Program-made: the position numbers and the translations under genes
Assembly (NCBI GenBank): GCA_016188575.1
Contig: JACPHN010000192.1
Coordinates: 150-64,149 of the forward strand
DNA from: Candidatus Schekmanbacteria bacterium
GTDB lineage: Bacteria > CSSED10-310 > JACPHN01
Length of the DNA: 64,000 nt
Reading direction: 5' to 3'
Notes under the pieces: model-generated
Databases searched by the model: none
What the model saw: only the letters and a program-made list of their open reading frames with translations
What the model was told of the DNA's origin: nothing
Shown: piece after piece, positions 25,457 through 34,846 of the stretch
Layout of the letters: every line of letters begins with the position of its first letter
How positions within the stretch are numbered: the stretch's first letter is position 1

Positions 25457-28045
25457 TCAGGGCGCTCCGTGGCCGTTTCCTCGGATATTCTTGCGCAGCC
25501 GCTTCATGACCTCCTTGGCATCTCGGAAGGCCGGATCAGTGGCGACCACGACGTCCAGCATCTGGAAGGCGTCCTTGTGTTGCCCTTTCTGTTCGAGTGC
25601 GAGGGCCAGCTCATAGCGCACGGCGACCTGGTCACGGGGGGCGCGGCCCGGGATGGACAGCGCCCGCTCGAACTGCTGGATGGCTTCGTCGAGCATTCCC
25701 TTTTCGAAGAAGCAGATCCCCAGCTCGCTGGCGCAGGAAAACGCGAGCTTTTCCGACCCGGACGCCAGGCGGAAGGAGCGAATGGCCTCATCGATGAGCC
25801 CCATGCCCTTGTAGGCCGTGGCCAGCTCGTAGTGGCTCTCGTAATTGTCGCCGACCTTCTCGCTGACCTTCTGAACGAGCTCATCGTAGATCGCGTGCAG
25901 GCTGTCCTCGACCGAGGCCTCCTCAAAGGGGTTGGAGTCGCGCATGGCCGGGTCGGAAAACGGTGAATACGCGGGATCGAGGTGTTCCTCGGCGGCGCCG
26001 GCGAGCGAGAAGAGGTCTTCTACGACGGACTCGGAGACGTGGTTGTGGCCGGCGGTGGCCGGGACGTCCAGGACGAGCTCACGGCGGGAGCTGAACAGCT
26101 CGTCGAGGGCTTCGGGAGCTTCCGTGGGGGGGCGCATGAGCCCTGGCGGAGCGGCGGAGGCTGCTTCGCGGGCCGGTGGGGAGGCACTCGGTGCCGGCTG
26201 CCGGGGGGGCGGTGCGGGGAGCGTCCGCGGCGGCGGGGCGACGCCGGCGTCTGTTTCCTGCAAGCTGATGTCGGGGATGACGGGTGCCTGGCGCGCCGCC
26301 GGAGGTTGGATTCGCGGGCTCGGCGTTGCGACAGGTTTTGCCACCGGCCGCGCCGGAAGCTCAGGCCGGGCCGCCGGCGGTACTGCCGGCGGTGCCACCG
26401 GCGTCTTGGCGGGGGGGGTGGCAATGATGTCGGTCTTGGCGAGGAGCTGCTCGAGCTCGCCCAGGGCGCTCCGGCGCTTCGCCTTGGCAGACGGGGCGGC
26501 CGCCGGCGGTGGCGCTTGCTTTTCGGCGCGTTCGCCTCGGGCGAGCGCCGCGATGCTGCGCAAGTCTACCCCGCCCCGCTCGACATCGATATCGACGATG
26601 ATTTCCTCTTCCCATGGGCCCGGTGGCAGCGCTTCCTTCTTTCCAGGTGCCGGAGATTCCAGGAGCATGCCGCCGGTGCCCTCGAGCGATCGTGCGCGCG
26701 CTTCGGCCGCGGGCTGCTGGGGTTGCTCGAAATGCAGGCCCATGGTGGGGTGCTCGTGGAGGTCCAGAGAGGGACGCGCGGGTGCCTGCGCCGCAACCGG
26801 CGGCGCCGCCGGCTTGATATCGGGCGCTCTCGGAACCGCTCGCGGCAGCGGCATGCGGGGCGCGGGGGCTTCGACGCGCGCGGGGCGTAGCTTCGCGATT
26901 TGTTCCTTGACTTCTCGGTTGTCAGGCTCGATCTTGAGGAGCTCCTCAAGGACGTTGATCGCGCGATCCGTCTCGCCTGCTCGCACGTGATGGGTGCCCA
27001 GAAGCTGGTAGGTGCGCGCGAGGCCTGGCTGGTCTTTCAGGCGCTGATAGACCATGACCATGCGGTCGAGGACCTCGACGGGCATTCCTTCGTGATCGAC
27101 GATCTTGCGCAGGAGCTCTTCGGCGAGGTTCCATTCGCCGCGCTCGAGATAGCCGTCGACGACGAAGAGATATTCGCGGAATGCGGCGGCCGTATCGCCC
27201 AGGTGCAGATACAGAGCAGCCAGATTCTCGCGAACCCCGACCTGGTCCGGGTCCAGCTTGACAATTTTCTCGAAGCAGGTGCGCGCCTGGCTGTACTCTC
27301 CCAGCTCTCCGAGAGCCGTCCCGCGCAGGAACAGGACCTGCAAGTCATCGGGCTGGCGTTGCGCCAGCCAGGCGAGAGATTCGGCGGCTTCCTCGAAATG
27401 CCCTTGTCCGATCAACAGCGTCGCCAGCGCCTTTATGGCCTGAGGGTGTTCGGGGTTGAGCGAGACGGCGCGCCGGTAAACGCGCATCGCCTCGTCGTGC
27501 GAGCCGCGTTTTACCAGGCCCGCGGCGATGTTGATGTACTCGAGAACGGCGTCGTCCACGAAGCTCTCGCGGTAGTAGAGCTCCGCGAGTCGATAGCGGA
27601 TGCCGAGGTTTTCGGGATCCAGGTTGACGACTTGACGGTAGGTGTCGAGCGCCTTGCGCACTTCCCCGCGCTCGGCAAACTTGTCCCCCACGAACTTGAA
27701 ATGCTCGGCTGCCTCGCGAGAGAGGCCCTGCTGTGCGTAAAGCTGCCCCAGTCTGAAGTAGACTTCCGGCGCGTCCTTGACGAGGCGAAGCGTCTTCTTG
27801 CACAGCGCGATGGCCTGCGGCACGAAGCCTTCTTTCTCGAAGAGCTGAGCGCTCCGCAGAAACTGCTCCACCGCTTTGTGTTGATCGCCCTTGCGCAGGT
27901 AGAGATCGCCGAGCTGATTGATGAGGTTCCGGTCCTCTGGAGCGTGATCCAGCAGCTTCTTGGCGGTATCGATGGCTTCGTCCCAGCGCTCGGCGCGGGC
28001 GAGCTTGTCGACGCGCTGGAGCAGTTTTCGATTCTCCCTGACCAT
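25457..28045 (-). CDS. Large TPR-repeat protein with a central Pro/Ala-rich linker
   Basis: About 9 N-terminal and about 4 C-terminal TPR-like units, separated by a ~350-aa low-complexity P/A region. Confidence 0.75.
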   Translation of the reverse strand: MVRENRKLLQRVDKLARAERWDEAIDTAKKLLDHAPEDRNLINQLGDLYLRKGDQHKAVEQFLRSAQLFEKEGFVPQAIALCKKTLRLVKDAPEVYFRLGQLYAQQGLSREAAEHFKFVGDKFAERGEVRKALDTYRQVVNLDPENLGIRYRLAELYYRESFVDDAVLEYINIAAGLVKRGSHDEAMRVYRRAVSLNPEHPQAIKALATLLIGQGHFEEAAESLAWLAQRQPDDLQVLFLRGTALGELGEYSQARTCFEKIVKLDPDQVGVRENLAALYLHLGDTAAAFREYLFVVDGYLERGEWNLAEELLRKIVDHEGMPVEVLDRMVMVYQRLKDQPGLARTYQLLGTHHVRAGETDRAINVLEELLKIEPDNREVKEQIAKLRPARVEAPAPRMPLPRAVPRAPDIKPAAPPVAAQAPARPSLDLHEHPTMGLHFEQPQQPAAEARARSLEGTGGMLLESPAPGKKEALPPGPWEEEIIVDIDVERGGVDLRSIAALARGERAEKQAPPPAAAPSAKAKRRSALGELEQLLAKTDIIATPPAKTPVAPPAVPPAARPELPARPVAKPVATPSPRIQPPAARQAPVIPDISLQETDAGVAPPPRTLPAPPPRQPAPSASPPAREAASAAPPGLMRPPTEAPEALDELFSSRRELVLDVPATAGHNHVSESVVEDLFSLAGAAEEHLDPAYSPFSDPAMRDSNPFEEASVEDSLHAIYDELVQKVSEKVGDNYESHYELATAYKGMGLIDEAIRSFRLASGSEKLAFSCASELGICFFEKGMLDEAIQQFERALSIPGRAPRDQVAVRYELALALEQKGQHKDAFQMLDVVVATDPAFRDAKEVMKRLRKNIRGNGHGAP

Positions 28046-28150
28046 GAAAGTTCTCGCGATATCCAGAAAAAGGTGTCGGTGCGCTTACGCGCCGATGAAA
28101 GGCCGCGCTCGGCCAGGACCGTGGATGCCCTGCTCTCAAGATGTTACCAA

Positions 28151-28179
28151 GCGCGGCGGCCCAGTGTCAACCGCCGCGC
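28151..28179 (-). terminator. Hairpin downstream of the TRAP substrate-binding protein gene
   Basis: 9-bp perfect stem gcgcggcgg/ccgccgcgc with an 11-nt loop, 29 nt past the stop at 28208. Only a weak T-run follows on the minus strand. Confidence 0.35.
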
Positions 28180-28207
28180 GCGAACCCCCGCTCCTGCCGG
28201 CGCCGGT

Positions 28208-29260
28208 TCAGGAGGCGGCTGTCGCGGCTCCCTGCTGCGCTCGAAACGCGTCCCGCGCGCTCAGGACCTCATCGAGCTCCTGCTGGCTGTAGAGCTTTCC
28301 AACGAGCTTCTGGCGCACGTCCAGAGCAGTCTTCAGATAGTCCGCCAGTTGTTCCTTCGAAGGGGGAGCGATCACCGTCATCCCCTGTCCCTGCAAGGCC
28401 ACCAGGGCGTTGCGATTGTCCTCACGGGTCAAGGTTCGTAGCTTCACACATAGCTTGCCGGCTTCTTCGCGCACGATCGCCTGCAGCTCCGGGGTCAGTT
28501 TGTTCCAGATCGCGTTGCTCACCACGACGCCGCCGGAACCCCAGGCGAGCGGGATGCCGCTGACATACTTGAGACGTGAGTGCCACTGCAGCGCGACGGC
28601 CCCCGCGGGCGGTGCGTAGGTCGTGTTGATCATTCCGGTCTGAAGCTGCGTGAGGACGTCGGGGAGCGCCAAGGGCACGGGGTTTACGCCAAACGCCCGG
28701 TACAGCTCCTCGCTCAGGAGGTCGCCCTCCCAGGACCACGCCTTCACGGCGGGGTTGGCGAAATCTTGCTGCGACTTGATTTCGATGTTGCTGAAGAAAT
28801 GGACGAAACCGGCCTCAGTGAAGCCGAGCAAAACGAATCCTTTGTCCAGGAACCGCTGCTCAAAGCTCTTCTGGACCTTGTCCAAAACGTAATCCACTTC
28901 CTCGTTGGATGCAAACATGAACGGAAGATCAAGCACGTGAATACTGGGAAGAATCTCGGCGAGCCCGATGCCGGTAATGCCCGCGGCACTGAGCTGGCCC
29001 AGGCGCATCTTTCTCACCATGTCCTTCTCGTCGCCGCTGACGCCTCCGGCGAACACCTTGAACTTCACTCGTCCGCCGGATCGCTCCTGGACGATGCGGT
29101 CGGCCTCCCGCATTGATTTTACCCACACGGTGCCTTCGGGTGCCAGCGTTGCGAACTTGATCGTGACCGGTGCGGACTCGTCCGCTTGCGCGGTGGGCAC
29201 GCTGGTCGCGGCGAGCAGCAGTGCCGTGATCGCCATGGCAGAGTAGATTCGAGCGCTCAT
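28208..29260 (-). CDS. TRAP-type transporter substrate-binding protein (DctP family; TatP-like)
   Basis: Signal peptide from the ATG at 29260 (MSARIYSAMAITALLLAATSVPTAQA). The pattern ..IKFATLAPEGTVWVK...FKVFAGGVSGDE..MVRKMRLGQL.. is DctP-like. Confidence 0.85.
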   Translation of the reverse strand: MSARIYSAMAITALLLAATSVPTAQADESAPVTIKFATLAPEGTVWVKSMREADRIVQERSGGRVKFKVFAGGVSGDEKDMVRKMRLGQLSAAGITGIGLAEILPSIHVLDLPFMFASNEEVDYVLDKVQKSFEQRFLDKGFVLLGFTEAGFVHFFSNIEIKSQQDFANPAVKAWSWEGDLLSEELYRAFGVNPVPLALPDVLTQLQTGMINTTYAPPAGAVALQWHSRLKYVSGIPLAWGSGGVVVSNAIWNKLTPELQAIVREEAGKLCVKLRTLTREDNRNALVALQGQGMTVIAPPSKEQLADYLKTALDVRQKLVGKLYSQQELDEVLSARDAFRAQQGAATAAS

Positions 29261-29369
29261 GATTGGTCTCCACGTGTTGATGACGGGCGGCCCCGCGCGC
29301 TGCCGCAATGTCCGGGGCGTGCACAAGACGACGGGCGTGAGGGCGCGCTGGGATGATCTCGCGTAGGCA

Positions 29370-30374
29370 CTAAAAGAGGTCGTCGGCCATCTGGAGGAGC
29401 CACCTCGCCTTGTGTTTGGAGAGCGCCGTCACCAGATCTTGTCCCGGAAGGATGTCGTCTTTGGAAGCCAGCACCTTGCGCAGCTCGCTTTCGAAGAGCT
29501 CACGATCCTGTGCCTGGACCGCCAGGAAGCGAGCGCGGTAGATCGGGATCAGCATCAGCTTGCCTTCGTTTATCTCCTCCGCGCGCTTGAAGTGCTGTTC
29601 GGCGAGATCGGGCTTGCCACCCAGTGCCTTGGGGAGCCCGCCGTACCAGGCGGCGAAGAATAGGTGAGCGCCGCCCATGAAATAGCGCTCGTCGAGCTCC
29701 ACGAGCCGTTCCATGATCGTTACGACGAGCGGCGCCTCCGAGACGACGGCGATATTGTCACGGCTCAGATTGACCAGGTTGCCCCAGCCATAGGCCATCC
29801 AAAACAGCGCGGGAACGTCGTCCTTGGACGCCTTCGCCAGCGCCCTGGTCAACGCGGCGACGCGACCTTCGGCGGCGGCAGCGCGACCTTCGAGCGCGGC
29901 CACGATCTCGGGATTACGTTCCGCAACGACGGTGGTCGCGTACCCCTTGCACCGCTGATAAAAATCACGAGCGCGGGCGCGGGCGAGGTCGGATCGCGCG
30001 GGGTCTTCGAGCTCCCACCGCTCGGCCTCATCCTGCGGAAAGGCCAGGGCGTAGGATCCATAAGCGCGCGCCAGCAAGACCCGGAGGCGCTGGTTCGTCG
30101 GCTCGGCAAGGTGTACGGCTTCGAGAATCTTGATGTTTCCGGCCAGCGCATCGCGGGCGAAGTCGAGATCCCGCTCGCCTTCGAGCGCCGGCATGGCCTC
30201 CTCCACGATCGGCATGGCGCGCTTGATGGCGTAGCGCCGCAACGAGCAACCGCTGGTACACATTCCGGCGAGCACCAGGACCGCCAGCAGGGTCACTGCC
30301 GAGCGCGGCGCGAGGGAAGGCACGGAGGGGAGGGAGAGCTTGTCCGGCAACGGATGGGCGGCGACGCGGCTCAC
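29370..30374 (-). CDS. tatT: TRAP-transporter-associated TPR lipoprotein, TatT family
   Basis: Lipobox (LAGMCTSGC). An all-helical TPR-like body ends ..YRARFLAVQAQDRELFESELRKVL, as I recall for TatT-family proteins. It sits directly upstream of the DctP-like gene. Confidence 0.7.
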   Translation of the reverse strand: MSRVAAHPLPDKLSLPSVPSLAPRSAVTLLAVLVLAGMCTSGCSLRRYAIKRAMPIVEEAMPALEGERDLDFARDALAGNIKILEAVHLAEPTNQRLRVLLARAYGSYALAFPQDEAERWELEDPARSDLARARARDFYQRCKGYATTVVAERNPEIVAALEGRAAAAEGRVAALTRALAKASKDDVPALFWMAYGWGNLVNLSRDNIAVVSEAPLVVTIMERLVELDERYFMGGAHLFFAAWYGGLPKALGGKPDLAEQHFKRAEEINEGKLMLIPIYRARFLAVQAQDRELFESELRKVLASKDDILPGQDLVTALSKHKARWLLQMADDLF

Positions 30375-30527
30375 TGAAGTACCTCCGGGTAGTCGTGCGG
30401 GCGATGTGCTCGATGGGAACGCCGCAAGCGGGTGCTAGAATAGAGGACGTGTCGGCCGGTGTCAACCGTATGCCCGCGTCCGAATCCACCGCCTGGCCCC
30501 CCTCCGTCCCTCCCCTTCAGGGAGGGT

Positions 30528-31040
30528 TATCGGCCTACCCAGAGCGTACACCAGGAACTTCAGGTTCTCGCCGACCGGCCTGGTGTAGCCGAGATAATGA
30601 TGCGTCTCGATCATGCTGTCGAAGAACCGCTCCTCCCCGGTGCGGCGAACCTGGCGGAAATCCAGGGGCCGGACGCGCGACAGGTCGCCCTGTACCGGAG
30701 AACAGGGTGAGCAGTGGCATGCGGGCCGGCCGGCGATGCAAAACGATGTTGCTCCTGGCCACGAACCGCACCGGCGGCAGCTCGACCAACAAGGATGCTG
30801 GCCCTTGACCTGTGATACACGTTGTCGCGCTCCCACGCGCATTTCGGCGCGATGAATCGCGCCGCTACTGTCACGCAAAGAGCGTAGGCGCGCGATTCAT
30901 CGCGCGCTAACGACGCAACGAACGCCTAGTTTGGTGATCTCAAACAAGGTGCATCACGCGCTGAATGGCGGGATTTCGGACCGGTTGACGAATGGATGAA
31001 CGCGATGTCGGCGGCGCTGACGTCGCGCCCGCGATATTGA
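30528..31040 (-). pseudogene. DUF4338-domain gene remnant (frameshifted and truncated)
   Basis: ..VRPLDFRQVRRTGEERFFDSMIETHHYLGYTRPVGENLKFLVYALGRPI (30528-30683) carries the HHYLGY..G..L.YLV core. An N-terminal-like piece, YRGRDVSAADIAFIHS, sits in another frame at about 30989-31040. REP palindromes are inserted between them. Confidence 0.5.
30846..30907. repeat. REPIN-like inverted pair of REP palindromes
   Basis: ggcgcgat-ga-atcgcgcc (30846-30863) and gcgcgcgat-tc-atcgcgcgc (30888-30907). The central tetranucleotides tgaa and ttca are reverse complements, so the two units are inverted and can form one long hairpin. Confidence 0.8.
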
Positions 31041-31084
31041 GCGCGGTGTCCATGACGCACGCACGATAGCACGTTGCGATCCGG

Positions 31085-31466
31085 AACGCTCGCACCACCC
31101 GTGGCGACCTCGCAACCGCGTTGCCCGTGGCCGGTCATGTCGCCATGCTGAGGTCACCAGCGGGCCAACCTGCGGGCAACCAGGCAGCCCCCATGAGCAA
31201 GCCGATAACGCACAGCCATCGCATTTTCCCCGGTTGAAGGCGGCCCTGGGCTCCAAAAAAACACGCTCCTGACGCGGCTCACCGCATTCCCATAACCCTC
31301 TCAAGGGCCAGGAACCGAGCGCAGCGAGGTCTAGGGCGGCGCCCACCGCCGAAGACGGTGGGAGGGTTCCCGAATTGCCCCCGTGTGGAGGGCGCACCAC
31401 CTCCGACGAAACATGAAACCGCCCACCGAGCACGCTCCTGCGTAGCGCGGTGGACGGTAGCTCGTT
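31085..31466 (+). pseudogene. Decayed tnpB 3' fragment plus omega-RNA/right-end region (second copy, opposite orientation to the intact element)
   Basis: 31383-31463 aligns to the reverse complement of 9101-9180 at roughly 88% by hand. Upstream, degenerate traces of ..TC..G, HR.. and ..LSGP codons are broken by stops. A 61-nt Y element interrupts it at 31311-31371. It ends at the eutS stop codon. Confidence 0.55.
31311..31371. repeat. Y mini-element, copy 1 (61-nt hairpin element nested in the omega-RNA remnant)
   Basis: ggaaccgagcgcagcgaggtctagggcggcgcccaccgccgaagacggtgggagggttccc. Termini ggaacc/ggttcc pair. Internal stem cccaccg/cggtggg. Confidence 0.8.
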
Positions 31467-31826
31467 TCATGTGGTCGTGACCGGGCTCGGGGTAAAGCCG
31501 AGCGTTTCCGCGAGCACCCGGTTGACGGCGAGCAAGGATTCCTGGACCGCTCCCACCGGTCCGTAGATCACCAGCGCCCCGGTGAAGCGATCGAGAAAGC
31601 CGATCGCCACGTCGGCGGCCTTGGTGGCGACGTCGCCGGCGATGATCGCCGCCTCTCCAGGAGTCAGAGTCATGATGCCGATGGCGTTGACGAACGGAAC
31701 CCCGATCTTCTTGCACAGCTCTTCACCGGGATGGGCGATGAGGTGGGCCAGAGTAACCTGCTTGCCCGGAACGAATTCCTGGATGATGCGCTGCCGGTCC
31801 GCGCCCTCGGGACTGCGTGCGTTCAT
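31467..31826 (-). CDS. eutS: Ethanolamine-utilisation microcompartment shell protein EutS (permuted BMC domain)
   Basis: [31 protein letters not shown]...[15 protein letters not shown]...KAADV.IGFLDRF.GALVIYG.VGAV is nearly colinear with E. coli EutS as I recall it. Confidence 0.9.
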   Translation of the reverse strand: MNARSPEGADRQRIIQEFVPGKQVTLAHLIAHPGEELCKKIGVPFVNAIGIMTLTPGEAAIIAGDVATKAADVAIGFLDRFTGALVIYGPVGAVQESLLAVNRVLAETLGFTPSPVTTT

Positions 31827-31842
31827 CGATGTCCTCTCCGCA

Positions 31843-32511
31843 TCACCACGTGATTGCCAGCGGCCGGCACGCGACGTCCAGCACGGCCCGCTGAAACGCC
31901 GCGCAGGCGGCCGTGCACGCGGCCAGGCTCCCGGTCAATAAGGCCCCCGTGTAGTTGGTTTCCGAGGGCGGCGGAAAATACTGCGCGATCCTTACGTCGG
32001 CCGCCTTGAGCGCGGCGTCGAGCGCGAATGTGCCCTCGAGCGGCGGGGCGACCAGATACGCGAGCGGTTCACCCGGGGCCACGCCCGCGAGCCTGGACAG
32101 GTGCAACCCCGAACGCGGTACGAGGTGGGGGAAGAAAGCGAGCGTGCCGTCGTCGTTGGCTGAATACCAGAGAGCTTCGTCGCGGATGTGAGCGATGGCG
32201 GCCGCAAGCCCCGCTTCCACCTCGCCCGGGTCGGGGCCAGCCAGGATGGCGAGGATCTCCCCGGAAAGCGGTCCCGAGGCGTGGCGCGCGCCCGCGTAAA
32301 ATGAACGAGCGTAAACGACCTCCACCTGCGCTACCTTGGTGGCGTGGTCGATGCCCACGTGGCAGGCGTCGTCGATGTCACAGGTGAGCAGCCCGACGCT
32401 GGCGTGACCGGGGCCGAGCGCCAGCTTCGCGGCCAGGTCGCGGTCGATAGCAGCGATCGTTCTGACCGCCAGGACACGCGCGCGGACCGGGTCGAGCACG
32501 GCCATGCTCAC
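31843..32511 (-). CDS. eutL: Ethanolamine-utilisation shell protein EutL (tandem BMC, pseudohexameric trimer)
   Basis: ..[34 protein letters not shown]... and ..[18 protein letters not shown]....[22 protein letters not shown] match EutL. Confidence 0.9.
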   Translation of the reverse strand: MSMAVLDPVRARVLAVRTIAAIDRDLAAKLALGPGHASVGLLTCDIDDACHVGIDHATKVAQVEVVYARSFYAGARHASGPLSGEILAILAGPDPGEVEAGLAAAIAHIRDEALWYSANDDGTLAFFPHLVPRSGLHLSRLAGVAPGEPLAYLVAPPLEGTFALDAALKAADVRIAQYFPPPSETNYTGALLTGSLAACTAACAAFQRAVLDVACRPLAITW

Positions 32512-33434
32512 TTCGCCATCTGGCGCAAGTGAATGCCGCCGGCTTGCTGGGCGATCATGTCCTGAGCGATGCCGACGATTACCGCCGCCGCTTCGACGGG
32601 CGGCGTGCCCGCACCGTGGATATTGGAAACGACGGTGCGGTCGGATTCGACGGTGCGTCCGGGGGCGGGCCGATACGCCAGGTAGGCGCTGAGGCTGTCG
32701 GATTGCGCCAGTCCTGGTCGCTCGCCGATGAGCAGCACGATCACCCTGGCACCGAGCAGCGCCGCGATCTCATCCTGCACCTTCACGCGGCCATTGCGGA
32801 CCAGGAACGGCGTGCCCAGCGTCAGTCCGGCGGCGCGAAAGCCTGCGGTCAGGGCTGGCATGATGTCGTCGTAGTTTCCGGCGATGGCGTCACTGCTCAG
32901 GCCGTCCGAAACCACGATCTGCACGTCGGGATCCGGTGCGCAGCGCGCGCGGATGGTTTGCGACGCTGCGGCGGAGAGCTCCCGCCCGCGATCGGGCCGG
33001 GTCAGGTGAGCGCGCTTGTCCGCGGCGCAGGTGCTCACGGCGAAGAGCCCGCGCTCCTGAATCCAGGCGTCCGAAATCTCTTTGTGGACAGTGTCGCGAG
33101 CCCGCGAGCAATCCGCGGAAAACCGCAGCAGACTCACGGTGCGGAGACGCGGTCCGCTTCTTCCGGAAGCCACCCGCGCCGGCGTCGAGGCGCGAAGCTC
33201 GCGCAGCGTCACTCCGTCGTCCGGCTCGCCGATGCCGACCCAGAGACGGTATTCCTCGCCCGCCAGATCCGGCAGCGGCGGCTCGCCGTTGGTCGCCAGC
33301 GCTGGCGCCTCCGCGGGATCTTCCTGCCGTGGTCGCGTCCGGTCCGCGCTCACGCCCGCGCGCAAATCCACCCCGTGGCGCTGCAGCTCGCGCACCACGG
33401 CCACCACGATCTGCTCTACTGTGTTTTCGTTCAT
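32508..33434 (-). CDS. eutC: Ethanolamine ammonia-lyase small subunit
   Basis: Start at the ATG at 33432-33434 (ATGA overlap with the eutB stop). The C-terminal region ..VVSDGLS..A......I.PAL...L...G...G.P..V.NGRV.V.DEI...L.A..V..LIGERPGL matches EutC. Confidence 0.9.
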   Translation of the reverse strand: MNENTVEQIVVAVVRELQRHGVDLRAGVSADRTRPRQEDPAEAPALATNGEPPLPDLAGEEYRLWVGIGEPDDGVTLRELRASTPARVASGRSGPRLRTVSLLRFSADCSRARDTVHKEISDAWIQERGLFAVSTCAADKRAHLTRPDRGRELSAAASQTIRARCAPDPDVQIVVSDGLSSDAIAGNYDDIMPALTAGFRAAGLTLGTPFLVRNGRVKVQDEIAALLGARVIVLLIGERPGLAQSDSLSAYLAYRPAPGRTVESDRTVVSNIHGAGTPPVEAAAVIVGIAQDMIAQQAGGIHLRQMAK

Positions 33435-34846
33435 CACGCCTTCCGCATGCCGCCGGTCATCGGCCCGCCCGCGCCGCCCGGTGCGCCGAAAAAGACCGTC
33501 GGATTTCCCGCCGCAGCCGTCAAGCGGCAACCCTGAAGCAGTCCGAGTGATTCCATCCACGTCGCGAATTCGGGCGCCGGACGCAGCTCAAGCAACTGCC
33601 GGATCGTCGCCGTGTCGTGAAAGCTCGTCGACTGATAGCTCAGCATCGTGTCGTCCGCCTGAGCCAGCCCCATGACGTAGTTGACGCCGGCGGAGGCCAG
33701 CAGCACGAGCAGATTGTCCATCACGTTCTGGTCGGCATCCGCGTGGTTGGTGTAGCACGCGTCGGCGCCCATCGGCACTCCCGACAGTTTGCCCATGAAG
33801 TGATCCTCGAGGCCCGCCCGCACGATCTGCGCGCCATCGTAGAGATACTCGGGGCCGATGAAGCCGACCACGGTGTTGACCAGGAGCGGCGCGTAACGCC
33901 TCGCCAGGCCATAGCAGCGCGCCTCTAACGTCACCTGGTCCGCCCCGTGGTGCGCGTTCGCGGACAGCTCCGAGCCCTCTCCCGTCTCGAAATACATCAC
34001 GTTCGGGCCGGCCGCCAGGCAGCGATGGCGCGCCAGATCCCACGCCTCGTCGAGCATCGCGACGGTGATGCCGAACTCCTTGTTGCCGGCCTCCGTCCCG
34101 GCCAGGCTCTGAAAGACGAGCCCCGCCGGCGCCCCTCGCAAAATCGCCTCCATCTGCGTCCGCACATGACCGAGAACGCAGTTTTGCGTGGGAATCCGCC
34201 AGCGCGTGATGACTTCCTGGGTCAGGTGCAGCAGGCGACCGATGTTTTCCGGGGTGTCGATCACGGGATTGATGCCGATGACCGCGTCTCCGCACCCGTA
34301 GGCGAGGCCCTCGTAGATTTGTGCCAGAATGCTCGCATCGTTGTCGCGCGGGTCGTTCGGCTGCAGCCGACAGCCGAAAGTCCCGGGCAGCCCCACGGTC
34401 GAGTTGGCCTTGGCTACCACCGGCATTTTTTTCGCCGCCCACACGAGGTCGAGATTGGTCATGAGCTTGGCGACCGCCGCGACCATCTCCGAGGTCAGCC
34501 CCTGGCGCAGCCGCTCGAGGTCCTGCGGTCTTGTCGCGTCACTGAGGAGGTATTCCCGGAGCTCACCGACCGTCCAGCTCTTGATGCTGCCGTACACGGT
34601 GGAATTGACGGCATCCTGAATGACGCGCGTCACCTCATCAATTTCATAGGGAACGACCGGGTGCTCGCGCAGGTCGGAAAGCGTCAGGTTGGCCAGCACC
34701 CACCGCGCCGCGACGCGTTCTTGCGCGTTTTCCGCGGCGAGCCCCGCGAGCACGTCGCCCGAGCGCGGCTCGTTGGCCTTGGCCAACACCGCAGTGATGT
34801 CCTGGAACGCGTAGCCCTTACCGAAAAGCGATGTCTGTAGTTTCAT
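33434..34846 (-). CDS. eutB: Ethanolamine ammonia-lyase large subunit
   Basis: MKLQTSLFGKGYAFQDITAVLAKANEPRSGDVLAGLAA.. parallels the E. coli EutB N-terminus. ..NPVIDT.., ..FQSLAGTE.. and ..MYFETGEGSELSA.. are also present. Confidence 0.95.
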   Translation of the reverse strand: MKLQTSLFGKGYAFQDITAVLAKANEPRSGDVLAGLAAENAQERVAARWVLANLTLSDLREHPVVPYEIDEVTRVIQDAVNSTVYGSIKSWTVGELREYLLSDATRPQDLERLRQGLTSEMVAAVAKLMTNLDLVWAAKKMPVVAKANSTVGLPGTFGCRLQPNDPRDNDASILAQIYEGLAYGCGDAVIGINPVIDTPENIGRLLHLTQEVITRWRIPTQNCVLGHVRTQMEAILRGAPAGLVFQSLAGTEAGNKEFGITVAMLDEAWDLARHRCLAAGPNVMYFETGEGSELSANAHHGADQVTLEARCYGLARRYAPLLVNTVVGFIGPEYLYDGAQIVRAGLEDHFMGKLSGVPMGADACYTNHADADQNVMDNLLVLLASAGVNYVMGLAQADDTMLSYQSTSFHDTATIRQLLELRPAPEFATWMESLGLLQGCRLTAAAGNPTVFFGAPGGAGGPMTGGMRKA

